From Squalus acanthias (Eukaryota): DNA of 64,000 nucleotides. Below are positions 37,711 through 50,634 of this stretch, piece after piece (positions within the stretch are counted from its first letter, which is position 1; each line of letters starts with the position of its first letter). A model generated the notes under the pieces. That model was not told the origin of the DNA, made no database searches, and worked only from the letters and a program-made list of their open reading frames with translations. Location: the NCBI GenBank assembly GCA_030390025.1, contig CM059437.1:86304001-86368000 (forward strand). The letters run 5' to 3'. Position numbers and translations under genes: made by a program.

Positions 37711-38607
37711 GTATGTGTGCTTTTACTCATTTAAAATATATCGGCTTTCAAAATGCATTGCAGTTATTACAGTGGAGTCTGGATTAAAATGCAGAATCCT
37801 AATGTACTATTCCCATTCACTGTCACTGTGTCGAGGTCTTCCTCATGCAAACATAATCTTTGGCAAGTTCATTGTGTTCATCAGGACTCAACTGTATCAC
37901 TGAAGTGAAAGGAGACAGGGGAGTGCCACATCTGTGCACTTATCATAAATCTATACCAACAGATCATTTTCCAAAGATCAGTTGTTGGTTATCAGTTAAT
38001 AAAATTAGAAGAGTTTAATCCTTCATTTAGTGTGGATCATTGCACACTGACACTGAGTGTACTGGCTGGCCATTCTGTAACAGCTGTTCCTACAAAAAAA
38101 AGTCCCATAAACCTGTGAAATGTGTATGTTAAAAAAACAGGCACACTGAAGTTTAAGAAAGGTGTAATCTACTCTGAATTTCAGATGACTGTTGAAACAT
38201 CTGTATCAGTGAGATTTCTGCCTTGCGATCATCCCCAGTTATCTATAGCTCTCAGTTTAGAGTTTAACTTGTTTTGTTCATATTTATAATAAAGCTTAAA
38301 CAGATAAGATATTTTGAACCATTTATGTAGCAGTTTAAACTTTATTCAATAATTTGCTGTCTGAATTCTTGCCATACCATGCTGTATTTTATTTTATTCA
38401 ACGTGCTGCTATATTTGTTAGTTCTTCACATGGTAATGCTGTATGCTTTGTCTGAGCATCACGAATATTTTCTAAATGTTTCATATACCCTTCAAAAACA
38501 ATTCTAGTTACCATTTATTATTCCTTACCTATTTAATTGGAAAATTCTAGGTGAAGGTCCAAGGCTTATAGTGCAGGATAGCACTAAAGTTGAAAAAGTT
38601 AGGGAGG

Positions 38608-39069
38608 AAAGAAAGAAAGACTTGCATTTACATAGCGCCTTTTTTATGACCTGAGGACATCCCAAAGCGCTTTACAGCCAATGAAATACTTTTTTTTGAA
38701 GTGTAGTGACTGTTGTAATATAGGAAACGGCAGTCAATTTGCACACAGCAAAACCCCACAAACAGCAGTGTGATAATGACCAGATAATCTGTTTTAGTGA
38801 TGTTGGTTGAGGGATAAGTATTGGCCAGGACACTGGGGAGAACTGACCTGCTTTTCAAAATAGTCCCATGAGATCTTTTGCGTCCATCTGAAAGGGCAGA
38901 CGGGGTCTTGGTTTTAACATCTCATCCAAAAGACGGCACCTTCGACAGTGCAGCACTGTCCGCACTGGAGTGTTAGCCTAGATTTTGTGCTCAAGTCTCT
39001 GGAGTAGGACTTAAACCCACGACCTTCTGACTCAGAGGTGAGAGTGCTAAAACTGAGCCACAGCTGACC
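38608..39069 (-). mobile_element. Full-length Deu-domain SINE (SacSINE1/AmnSINE1-like)
   Basis: On minus: tRNA-like head (gtggctcag..ggtcgtgggtttaagtcc), Deu core gtgctgcactgtcgaaggtgccgtcttttggatgagatgttaaa, and L2-type tail aaaggcgctatgtaaatgcaagtctttc. Confidence 0.88.
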
Positions 39070-40219
39070 CCTAAGAAGACAGAGCAAATCAAGAAATAGT
39101 GATTGGATGATGCTAATCTTGAATTTTAAAAGCTTGTATATTGTAGGAGGAAAAGAAGACTTGGAGAAGTAAGGACTTAAAAAATTTAAGGTTCTAGGGA
39201 AGAATGAGTTACACAAACCATGTGATAAATCTTGATTTCAACACAATGAGGATGCAGGGCGATAAGTACATGTAGGATACTGCATTAGGAGCAACAGGAA
39301 AAGGTTCAGAGGAGCAATGACTATAGCGTGCTGATTTTAAAATAGAGGTGAGCATTAGAATCAGAACTACACAAGTCAGTCAGTATCTGTAAAGAAAAAA
39401 GACTAATGACATTTTGGGTGTGTACATACAGGATGTGAAGGGTTAAGATGGAAAGAGAGTGGTTGGAAGTGCGAGAATGAGGATCACTTATATGAATTTT
39501 TTCTTGTATTGTGTCTGAGTGAGTAAGAAGTGTGAGAAGAGCCTCCCCATATATGGGAGCAGCACTGAAATCTTGGAGAGTCTTGACCAAGACACACACA
39601 GTTAAGAAGTTAGTGTTTTGTACAACAGAGGAAAATAGGCCTCTTGGGACATCTTTAGCAATAGTACTAGGAAAAGACTATCTCTTGATCCAAGTTATAG
39701 TGAGCTGCAGGAGGAGCAGTTCACTTCAGTTTGTGGACATTGTATATTGGGATGTCGCACTGCTGTGATATCCCGATCTATTTTTACAAGTTGTTGGTGT
39801 TCGTATCCATTTTATTGACCAAGCAGTCTACTTAAGAACTGCATGTTCATCCATGTGGAAAATTGCACATTTTTATTTAGAAGCAATTAACTAAAACATG
39901 TTTGGACGCTGTCATCTTTAACTCTTAATTTTTTTCGATGTTTCTATTATGTATTTATTTCCCTAATTTCAATGAAAAGTGTAAAAAAAAAAAATCCAAA
40001 TTTGGTGAGTTTTCTTGATTGTCCCTTTCCATTGATGCCAGATGTCAATCGAGAAAAATGTTGAACTGCAGCAAACACACCAGCTGAAACTGAATATAGA
40101 AGTAGTAGTAATGATGTGTAGTCTTCAGCCGATACAAGGCACCCTTTTACTGAAGGAGTAAGTGTACAGATGAAATAATCTTGTGCATACACTTCCTGGT
40201 GTGATACTAAGTCATACAA

Positions 40220-40720
40220 TCCAGGAAAGACCAGATTTCATCTCTGGTTTGCTCTGGTCTGATGCAGTGGTTACAGTGATAGACTTGCCCTCAGCGCTCT
40301 TAAGTAGGGAGGAGAAAACAAGTCAGAGGTACATTCTAGAAAGTGAACATTGAGTGAGGATGGGATCAGCTTCAACTGAATCTATTTTGCCGTAAGGAAC
40401 CTGCCAGCACTTAGCCTAGGCTCTCGCGTGAAGAATGGTCACTTGGATATGGTACTAGAGGGTGCACGTTGCCCGTGGAACAGTATCGCAGCCGGAGTCA
40501 GCACCTTCAGGAGAGATGGGGAGAAAATTAGCAGAAAGAAAAAAAAAAATGTGGACATTAAGGGAAATCCGGCTCGGCTGTGATTTCCTTGCCTCCACCC
40601 CCCACCCCTAGACTCGCACATGAAGAATGGTCACTTGAGTGCTGTATCAGAGTGTAGCCAGCACCCGTGGAACTCTGCCCCAGAACCTTCTGGAAAAGGA
40701 GAAAAAAAACTACAAGGGGA
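40220..40720 (+). mobile_element. SINE family A copy with a duplicated 3' half
   Basis: tgaagaatggtcacttg...gtggaac occurs twice (about 40429 and 40621). Confidence 0.65.
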
Positions 40721-41559
40721 GAGAAGAAAGCCTGATAACAACAGTCAACAATTGCATGGTTGACTTAAAAGCTTGCTTTGCTGAAAATTGAGATTGTTGG
40801 TCATTACTGACTGAAAGAGGTACTTACAAACCGAGAGACAAGTGGAGGAGAGAAGCAAACCAAAGTCCTTAGTTCAGTGACCATGATTTCATGGATTTTT
40901 TTTTTTAATAGTCTACATGGTTAGGAATACAAGAGAAAAGCTGTATCTCTTATTTACATTTTGTGCTTTAAAACAAAAACAAGTCTAATTCTTAAGAGTA
41001 GCAACTTATGGTTGGATGAAACCAAAATTATTATTTTTCCATTCAGATGAAAAGGTGCACACATGGAGGTGAACACGTGAAGCTTTCACTGAAAAATGTC
41101 CTGTCCTACCCACGAAGCATGGAAGTGGTAGAGTTGTGACGGTGCTTAGCAAGAATTGATATAAGGGAAATGACATTCATTTGAGGGCACTATGGATGGC
41201 TTTAACTACAGAGATTTTTGGATACTATGGTTCTATGTTGAAGATTGGACAAAGGTCTCTACAGAAACTTGTGCCAATTACTCTTCGACAGTGGTCACAA
41301 GACTACAGGCTGAATTCAAACTAAAGGATCTCTTACCAAGCACAGTCAAGACTTTTGGTGTCCAATATCTTTCTGGTTATATTTTTTAACCAAAAATTGT
41401 CTTTAATATATAGTAAAATTGATTTTTTTAAATTGGAAATTGACGCTTGCATAAAGTTTGAAGAGTGTTAATCTGTTACATGTATTTAAAAACATTTTAA
41501 GCTTAAGCTTTTGTGTCCAAGAATAAAATTCCATCAATTTTTTTTTTCCTCATCGCCCA

Positions 41560-41870
41560 TCAGTTTTTTTTCCGCTCTTCTATAGACCATGACCACTGGA
41601 GAATGGTTACCATGTGTGGTGGCAGCCCTCTGGTACCTCGTCCAGATGACCATTCTTCATGTATGAGCCTAGATGCTGAGTGTCAACGGACTATTTGACT
41701 GGAGGCATTACAGCAAAGCCCAATCTCTTCCTTCGATCTTGGGAGTTGTGAGGCACATTATTGCATCCTGCTGCCCCACCTACTTAGGTTCATCTAACTT
41801 AGCAAAGCCCAGTCATTGAACCTCAGACCTTCTGGGTCTGAATTAGTTGCACTACCAATTGTGCCATAAG
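41560..41870 (-). mobile_element. SINE family A copy
   Basis: ctctggtacctcgtccagatgaccattcttcatgtatgagcctag core. Confidence 0.65.
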
Positions 41871-43129
41871 GAGAACTGCAGAATTCAGTGAACTTCATCC
41901 GTCTTCCTCTCCCACTCTAAAAGAGGGTAGCACCTTCCAGCTTACGATATGTTCTTGTTTGAATCCTGCTAGGAGGTATGCTTGAGCATTGGATGAAGAT
42001 TGTTTTCCCTCCCTCCCCACAGATTAACTTGTAGAACTCTCTCATTGAGCTGCGATCATCAGTAGCCATGAATTTATGGTACGATCTAAATAGATACTGG
42101 CACATACTAGTTAAACAGGTGGAATTTTCAGGTGTATATGCTCACTTTTTTTACTCAGCCAAAAAAAACATTTTTTTCTGTACCTGCATATGCCTTTAAA
42201 ATGGGGAAATTGATTTATCCTGAAATCAAGTGTGGGGGTTTGGACGTGATTCAGATTGAGACTTGTATATAGCCTGGTATTTCTTTGTAAAATGCATTAA
42301 ATACCCTAGGTGTGTTGGGCAGTTTTTGAACCAGTTTATAATGGCATCTCTGCATGATGCAACATATTTACTGAAAAATGTGTGATTGGACCACGAGTAT
42401 GAATTTTGCGATATATTTTTGAAACACTTCTGCATACTAGAATTATCAATAACCTAGACTTTTTTTTTAACTATTTACTGCATATAACAATGACTTAAAT
42501 GTTGTATTTTTATACAGAAGTTCTGTGAACAAGTTTTTTACCTCTTTCTCTTCTCTTTCCCCCCCCCCCCCCCGCCCCCCCATGCTGTTGAATAAAAATG
42601 GCCTGCATTATAATACCTGTTGCGGTTTATTAGCTTTTCTCCCCTCTTTCTCCTCCACCCCACTATGTTGTTGAATAAATGACAACCTTTACCATAATGC
42701 CTGTTTTCCAAACTATTAATAAAGGTCTTGTGAAAAGAAATACAGTATGTCATGGGGAAGTGATACAGTTGAGTCCAGATAAACATATACTTGGTCAAAG
42801 GACAAAGTAGAGTACTGATCTGACTAAGCATATTGTGGCAAACTAGCTATGTGATGCGCAGTTATAACTGTCCAGATACATTTGTCTTGTTTTTAAAACT
42901 CATCCTGTCACCGCACACACCTATATGCTTGACAACCTCCAGTTAACAGGTCAGAGAGAAGAAATGCCTGATATTTTAACTGTATCTTTCCTGCTTTGCA
43001 GCCCCTCAAATAAGTAGCAGCAAATAAAAGTCCAGCAACACATGTGCTTTTAAAACAGTATATTTAGAATGTGTGTATGTTCCCAGTTCATTGTGTTATC
43101 AGTTGTATTTTTGAAGAGTTCTGTGTGTT

Positions 43130-43510
43130 GACTTTTTTTCTCTCCGTCCTTCTCTTCTGAAGGCATTGACTTATGTTTGGGTATGGCCTCCAATGCTGCT
43201 CTCCAGTATCTCACCCAAGTGGCTCATTTTTACGTCTGACCCCGTTGATGACCGTTGACTGGCTACTTGAATATGTGGCTTCATGGCCTAAAAACTTGTC
43301 CTCGCCCAACATCCATACGCATGCGCTTTTCAGTAGGAGCTATTAAGGCCGATTAGAGCGGGAACCTTGGTATTTATCTCTTCACCCCCAACCCAGAGAC
43401 GTTCAGGCGAATTACTACCACAACTGGGATTAGCATGGACAAGGGGTTTGAAATGGACTTTCCTAGCCTAATGGCTGAATCTCACACTGGCTCCTGAATT
43501 TACTGAACTA
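43130..43510 (-). mobile_element. SINE family A copy
   Basis: cagtatctcacccaagtggc...gcgggaaccttgg core. Confidence 0.6.
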
Positions 43511-43789
43511 TTGGGGCAGTTGTCTATTGACTGTCAATGTTGCTGGGACTTCGCCCCCTTTTTATTGTATTTATCTAACATTGTGAAATTTAACGCAGTA
43601 GAGCAGCTTCTAGGGCAGTCTTCCAGTAGTTTAATAGGGGATCAAATATATCATATTGGTTTATTAGGGTAGTATAAGCTGTGTGCTGTAATAGAGGTAT
43701 CTTGTGTTCTTCACTGCAGGTCCCATCATCCTGTAGTTAACACTAATGGAGCTAATACTTATTGTATGGAAGAGTCAATGGGGTGTAAA

Positions 43790-44170
43790 AGGAAAAGGGT
43801 ACATTAAAGAGCAACAAGAATGATCCCAGGTCTTAAGAGATGAGCTCCAATGAAAAATTCGAGCAGCTCAAGCTCTACAGTCTGGAGAATGAGGTTAAGG
43901 GTGGGTCAGATCAAAGTATTAAATGGTATTGATGAGGTAAATCTGAATATAATTTCAGAGTTAGCTAGTAGAACCAGGGGATAACAATTTCAATCAGTGA
44001 AAAGTACTTTTTTTATCTCATAAATGTTTGTAATAACTTAACAGACAGGGTACTAGAGGCAAGGATATTGGGACATTCAAAATACAATTGGATGCCAGGC
44101 TGGGATAGTTGGGGTGCTGGAAGGATGGGCTTGCTTGGCTGAATGCCCATTGCTCATCCATGACCATTTT
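43790..44170 (+). mobile_element. Old CR1 3' fragment
   Basis: Decayed agagcaacaagaatgatcccagg..ctctacagtctggag..agaaccaggggata..ggacattcaaaatacaattggat motifs of the CR1 ORF2 end. Confidence 0.6.
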
Positions 44171-44565
44171 AAGAATGATCACATATCTTCGCTTCCCCCA
44201 TTCCTTGCAAAGAAATGTGCCACACTCTACAGTCATCCTCTTTCTGAGTCAGATTTGGGTCGGTGGTTGTTGTCAGAGGTTCCATTTCAATTGAACCGTG
44301 GACAAAACTGATCTGAAAAGGTGATCGTTGCTTTGTTGAGATGCAGTTGTTAGTCATTTGCCAATACATAATATAATCGCAGGCACTCTGGCATACTCTT
44401 TCTCGGACCTTTCATACCAGAGGTTACTTTTGTCTGTAGGTGTGTGAAGACTGTTTCAATGAGTAAGTTCTCTTCTATTTTGTTCAGTTTCTTCATTTTT
44501 GGACCATTCTAATGTTATAAATAAATCAGTTTGGCAACTGCTCAGTTTTTTTCTTGTTAACATAG

Positions 44566-44705
44566 ATAATGTGGAACTTGTACTGAAGAGCGTTAATGAT
44601 CGCCATGGCAGTGAGAGCCATGACAACGATCAGCCAGATTATGACAGTGTTGCTTCAGATGAAGATACGGACCAGGAACCAGCAGTTAAAGCAATCAGAG
44701 CAAAG
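44566..44705 (+). CDS. GIT2: GIT2 exon 13
   Basis: acatag| ... |gtacct; 140 nt; (D)NVELVLKSVNDRHGSESHDNDQPDYDSVASDEDTDQEPAVKAIRAK. Confidence 0.94.
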
Positions 44706-45754
44706 GTACCTCTACCGTGTCATTTTAATGAAGCTCAAGTTAGGTGGTGGCCTGATACTAACTCCTGAATCACGTCCAAAATTAACATTGAATGTTAAGT
44801 TCCAGTCCATTTCTAAAGAAGTGTATTTTACTATGCATATCAGTGTTTAGGAAAAGTTGCACTTACAGAAGGAAGGAGAGCTGGGTGAGTGCTTTAAATT
44901 CAGATTACTCCCCTTTCAAGTCTTCCAGGATACCTTTTTTGTTAAAACACAAATTTTGTCATCATGCGCAAAGTAGAGTTTTCATCCCTGCTAGGCGACT
45001 CCAGTGGTATCGGTTGCTGGGAATGACCTATCACTTCCAGTTGCAGCTCTATTGCAGGCAGCAAAGGGTGGGCCAGAATCACCCAACCGCAAGAAGCCAC
45101 ACTTGGTGTTGCTTTTCCAGGCTGTGCACATGTACTGCTCAGTGACATGTTGACGACTCGCTCTCCGGCTCTCATCGAACTTTAGCAAAGTGCCAACATT
45201 TTCAGTGGCATGCATGATCCAGCAAAAAGCCTTATTTGAATTTGTTTTTTCTTTCTGTATAGCTTTGTCCATTATTATAAACCCAACCATTTTGTTTGTG
45301 TGCAGTGCCATGGAGGAATCAACCGATGTACTGTTTTGCGATTGATAAGTGGGAGTGATTATAAGGCAGTAATCACAAACCGGTTCACATTACTGTGGTA
45401 AAACCTCAGATTGCCTTGTCACAGTTTGCTCTAAACCCATTCAATGCGATTACTATCAGTTATAATTCAGCCATTGTTTAAAAGCTTACAAAATCCAGAT
45501 GCTAACTCGCATTTGAATCTGATCATTCTGTCCTGTAACATTTACCGTCATGGTCCCAGTGGCATTTTGGCACCTGCCTAGCCATTCTAACAGTGGAGTT
45601 CAGCAGTGAAGGATTGTTATAGCTATATGAGTAAAAAAGGATTTTGGAAAGAGGGGAAAAACACTGCAGCTTTAGCCTCCAAAAATTTGATAGTTTTATA
45701 ACCGTCTCTACAAAAAAAGAGAATTTTGTTCATCAGATGTACTTCTTGTTGTAG

Positions 45755-45904
45755 AGCATGGACTCTGATCTGTCAGACGGACCAATTACATTACAGGAAT
45801 ACATGGAGGTGAAAAATGCACTCAGCGCTTCCGAGGCAAAGATACAGCAGCTGATGAAAGTGAACAGCAACCTGAGCGATGAGCTGCGTTTGATGCAGAA
45901 AAAA
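45755..45904 (+). CDS. GIT2: GIT2 exon 14 (coiled coil)
   Basis: ttgtag| ... |gtaaga; 150 nt, phase 0-0; SMDSDLSDGPITLQEYMEVKNALSASEAKIQQLMKVNSNLSDELRLMQKK. Confidence 0.97.
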
Positions 45905-46671
45905 GTAAGAATGACTTTTTCAGACACTTCTTGAAGAGTTCAATGTGCTTTGTAGCCAAGGGTCAAGGATAACTTTCCTGAGTTAGAGAACTGGGATCCC
46001 AATGATGTTTCTTGGAGCTTTGTGGATTACTTAAATATGCATTCCATATTCCTTTGCCTCTATCTATTTTTTTGTGGGGGGGAGGGTGTTTGCGGATTTT
46101 TATCCTAAATGCAACACCAAATATTAAAACTCTGAACTGTACCTCACTACACTTCAGATTTCTCTCATTTCTTTTTCATATTTCATTTTTGTTTCTGTTT
46201 TCTTGTTGATTTGGAGCTGAACTGGTATCGGTAACATTTTTGGCCATCTTTATACCTTTTGCAAAAGAGATAAAAATGCGATGCTCTTTTGCTTCTCCCC
46301 CTCTCCCCCAATATCGCCATTTTTTTTTCTGTACCACACATGGCTTGAGGGTGGCTGGCTTAGTGAAAATTAGGTTAGTTATAGTCATATTTTAAGGCTC
46401 CAACTACAGTACTTGAATATTATTTTGTGTCTGAAACCATCTAGTACTTCAATTGCAGAGGACAATTGCAATGGCTTTTGCTGGCTATCTTCATAGTGCA
46501 ACACACTCAAGCTGGAATCATTGTTGTTTTCCATCTCTGCACCTTTTCCAGTCACATTGTCCTTTCTGAGGTGGGTGGGGGACCAAAACTGAACATGTTA
46601 CTCCAAATTAGATCTTAGAAACGTCTTGTATAACCCTATTACAGTATTGTGGTCCTAGTTTTGTATTGAAT

Positions 46672-46900
46672 GGTAGAATCAGACAGCACAGAAGGAGGCC
46701 ATTCCGCCCATCGTGCTGTGCCGGCTCTTTGAAAGAGCTATCCAATTAGTCCCACTCCCCTGCTCTTTCCCCATAGCCCTGCAATTTTTTCCTTTTCAAA
46801 TACATTTCCAAATCCCCTTTGTTACTATTCAATCTGCTTACGCCTCCCTTTTGTTACTATTCAGTCTGCTTGCGCCACCCTTTTAGGCAGTGCATTCCAG
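46672..46900 (-). mobile_element. CR1 3' end fragment with a small internal tandem duplication
   Basis: Same tail as 21886 and 55017; cccttt(t)gttactattca(a/g)tctgctt is duplicated at about 46815-46875. Confidence 0.8.
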
Positions 46901-49300
46901 CCCCGGACCCTGTTTTCCTTGGCCACAGCCTCCTGACACAGCGCTTGTGCTTTGAGAGAATGGTCACCGATCACTTGCCAGTCTTTCTTCCTGTCAGTTG
47001 TCTAAAACCGACAACCATGCTGTATTCTATTTCCTTTATTTTCATCTGTATGCATAATTGCATGTTTTTCTGTATTAAAGACATATATGTTGGGTCCACT
47101 TCCCCAACATATCTAAATCCACTTGCAGCAACATGGTGCTTCCATCAACCATTTATAACCAACTTTCTCTCAACTCTTCTAAGTTATTGTCTTCATTACA
47201 CAATTTGGTGTTATCTGAAAATGTAATTAGTGTGTTGTACATCCTCCTCTGTGTCATATTGAACATAATGTTCAGAAGAGAACATAACACGGAACCTGGG
47301 GCGATCTACTTGCGACTGGACCCCTGTGAGAAGCTACCTCCTTTAAAACTACCCTTTATTTATGATCCCTGTCCTAAAATAATGTAGAAAAGAAATTGAT
47401 TCTTTAAATTGTGAAAGGTCCTTTTTCACTTTTACAAATCCTATTTTTCAACACTTCCTCAGAGGGAGGGGTGTTCATAGGACATACTTGTTTTCTTCCC
47501 TTTACCATAGACTGAATTATAGCAAGTGGTTTTGCATTTCTGCCTAGTCCATTCCTGGTTTTACCCTCCGGATTTGTTTTCACCATTTTTTTTGCACAAA
47601 GAGTTTGGAAAAGAGTTAACATTGAAATGTTGGCTTTTTAAAGCAAAGTGCTTTCACACAAGAGTGAAAACAAAAGCCATTTTTTTTAGACTGTTTCAGT
47701 AATCATCCCTCATCTGTTATGTTGGAAGGTCCCTGGTCCTGGATGCTCAGCAGCGGATCATCTGTCATAGGGCCCTCCCTTTGAGTTGTGAGCACAGGAA
47801 GATAAAAACAGACAAAATCACACACTGGCAAGTTTTTTTTAAAGGAAGAGCTGTGAGGGCAAGCATTCGCCAACTCTGAAGCTTAGAATGCAGGAGATAG
47901 ATGGAAGTTATTTTGTTTAAGTTGAGAAAGATGACTCACCAATGTGGGGAGGTGTAGCATGTTCATTATTTTGGATTATTATGCAAAGACAAATTGTACT
48001 GATTAAACTGAGTGAGTTTGATCATAATTATTGCTCTGTATGTTCACTTGCTGTGAAATAATACAGCTTAAGGATGTGTTTTCTCTGTTCGGCTTTGAAA
48101 AAATTGGAGAAGAGCACGTCTGGGCATGTGCAAAAGACACAAATATTCCGTTCAGCTGATGAGGATGTGCTGTTGGTACATTCCTAGGCTATGCTATTGT
48201 ATAGTTACATATTGAGCAGTAAAGGAATACACCTGAATGTAAAACACTCGGACTGCTTACATGAGTGAGTAGCACTGCTGTACCTGAGAACATTAAAAAG
48301 GCAGGACCCAAATGTGCAATGGCTCGCAATCCCACTCTTGCAATCCCCAAAAAGAAATGAGCAGCATTCTTTGACATGCTTATTGTAGAATAGGAAGCTG
48401 TTTTAATAATCGCAAGCAGGCTGATCAGAAAGTGAAATCACAGTAGTGATAATTTCAATGAGTGGTGTTTAAAAATTAATCATGGTCTGTTCAGAGGCTT
48501 GAAGCTCAGTGGAGGAGGAAATTCAATAGCCATTTTACAATAGCTGTCAGACAGTAGCAAGATCTGAAATTACAGTATGCGCGGTTGAGAGACGTAACGG
48601 AAGCTGTTGACGATCTCTGAAGGAGAAGGGCGAGAAACCTGAGCAATTCAGCTCAGTGATTCGTGAAAATGTCCGAGCAGTTTTACAAGGAATAGAATGA
48701 CATTTCCAATACGATCTGTGTTTTTAACAAAAAAAATTGGATGTGCATGCAACACTTGACCTTCCTTTTCGCTTTCTTTTCCCTTGTACAGATGGGTTGT
48801 CGTAATTTCATATTCAATTGTATTGGTAGTCAAAAATTAAACACAGCCAGAATTCTCCCCGAACTGAAACTTTATCTGCCTTATTCTGGCTCATTAACAA
48901 ACTAATGGGCTGGATAACAAACTAATGGGCTGGAACTGACAGATCATTTAACCCTTCGTAAAAGTTTTAAAAATGTGCAGTTTTCTATTAGAGTGAACAG
49001 CCCACGTGGTTCTTTCCAAGTAAAAACAAATGTTTTAAGGCCTGAAATGATTGCCAGATAATGTTTTTTAATTGGACCAAGATTCCCTATCCCAACACGA
49101 CCTCTATCCAACACAAAAGCTGCTTTGTTCATTGTAGCCATTAATAGATAAAAACAATGTGGCACACATTATCGAAATTGAAATAGTCGCCCCTAGAAAG
49201 TAAATATAGAAAAACCCAGGAAGTCCCAGGTTTGATTGGTCTCTGCTGGGTTAGTTGGGTGGCAGTAGAGAATCTACAATTTTCCAAAATACCACTAGTG

Positions 49301-49713
49301 AAAGAAAGAACTTGCATTTATATAGTGCCTTTTATCCCCTTAGGATGTCCCAAAACACTTCACAAAATGCATTCACTGTTCTGTAGGTAAATGCAGCAGC
49401 CAATTTGAGTAGCAAGTCCCAGAAATAGCAACTGCGATGAATGACCAGCTAATCTGCTCTTGGAATGTTGGTTGAAGGATGTATTTTGACCTGGACACTG
49501 GAAGAACTCCCTCTTCTTCTTTAAATAGTGCCATGGGCTCTTTTTCATCACCCGAACAGGAAAATGTGGCCTAGATTTAATGAGTCATCTATGCAGCACT
49601 CCTTCAGCAACACTGAAGTGTCAGCTTTAACTGTGTGTTCAAGTCCTCAAGCGGGGCTTGTACCCACAAGAAGTGAATTGGACAAGAGTGTTACCAGCTG
49701 AGCCAAACTGACC
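49301..49713 (-). mobile_element. Deu-domain SINE nested within a family A SINE
   Basis: Tail aaagaaagaacttgcatttatatagtgcc and head ctgagccaaactgacc. A family A head lies to the left (about 49215-49290) and its body resumes to the right (about 49720-49980). Confidence 0.75.
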
Positions 49714-50379
49714 CTTTAAGGCAATTAAAATTATCTCTGGTTCCTGCTTCTAATTGTTTCCCAATGACTCCCGTTAGAAAGTGCACATATGCAGATGTTT
49801 GGTGTGCTACAGGATTAAGCTCATCTGTAATGCCCCCAACGCTACAATGGAATAGCTAGTGCTCGTTCTCCAGCCTCACAAATGAAGAATAGCAATGTGG
49901 GTGAAATGCAGCAAGGTGACCGGCACTTATGGAACCACACTGCATCACGAGTCAGCAGCCACTTCAGGAGAACAGGGAGGAAAAAGTGTGTGTGTATATA
50001 TACATACAACGCCCAGAGACTGCAATTTTCCTAGACCCTCCAGCAGTCTTAAGATTAAATCAGTAAGTTAAATGGAAACTGTATTTATAATGCTGAACTA
50101 GTTCTTCCTTGCATTGGTTTAATGGCCCGCCTTTTTAAAACTTTTAACTGGTTGTAATAAGTAGCTTTATTTCACAAAGAATAATTACAATATAATGTGT
50201 GTATGAATTGTTTTCCCACTTATAAATCTTCGCTATTGTGACTTATGGGACATGAAAAATTTATGACCAAAATGTAATTTTTCCACTCTTTTGTACAGTG
50301 CAGGATCTTGACTTTTCTTGATAAGTCTTTAATGTAGCTCCATTAGAGAGCTACATTGAGATAGTGGGCCATTCTCGCC

Positions 50380-50634
50380 TTCATGTAAAGGATCCCATTG
50401 TGCTATTCGAAGAGGAGCAAGGGAGTTCTCTTGATGCCCTGTTTATCGCTCAGCCTACACCAACAAAAGACATTAACTAGTCATTTATCTCATTGATATT
50501 TGTGGGACCGTGCAGTGTGAGAACTGGTTGCCACATTTGTCTACAAAACAAGTGACTACACTTCAGAAAGTAATTCTTTAGCTGCATAGCACTTTGTGTC
50601 CTCCTAAGGATGTGAAAGGTGCTGTATAAATGCA
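50380..50634 (+). mobile_element. Deu-domain SINE 3' half
   Basis: gtaaaggatcccattgtgctattcgaagaggagca...gtgactacacttc...gtgaaaggtgctgtataaatgca. Confidence 0.75.

Noticed and set aside
39980-40004. Possible small exon aag|...|gtgagt
   Set aside because: It is 25 nt (frameshifting), has an immediate in-frame TAA, is mostly a poly-A run and has a weak acceptor.
2630-42580. Poly-C tracts (about 2630, 16605, 29284, 42558) as functional G-quadruplexes
   Set aside because: They are simple homopolymers with the G-rich strand antisense to GIT2, and their lengths are prone to sequencing error.
47601-47625. ttggaaaagag resembling the mammalian GIT2-short terminal peptide (LGKD..)
   Set aside because: The first AG gives SLEKS*; the FGKEL frame would need a rare GAG acceptor, and the similarity is too short to trust.
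48895-48934. 2 x 20-bp tandem duplication containing ACTAAT (a similar small duplication lies at about 29387-29431)
   Set aside because: These are ordinary slippage duplications, with no evidence of function.
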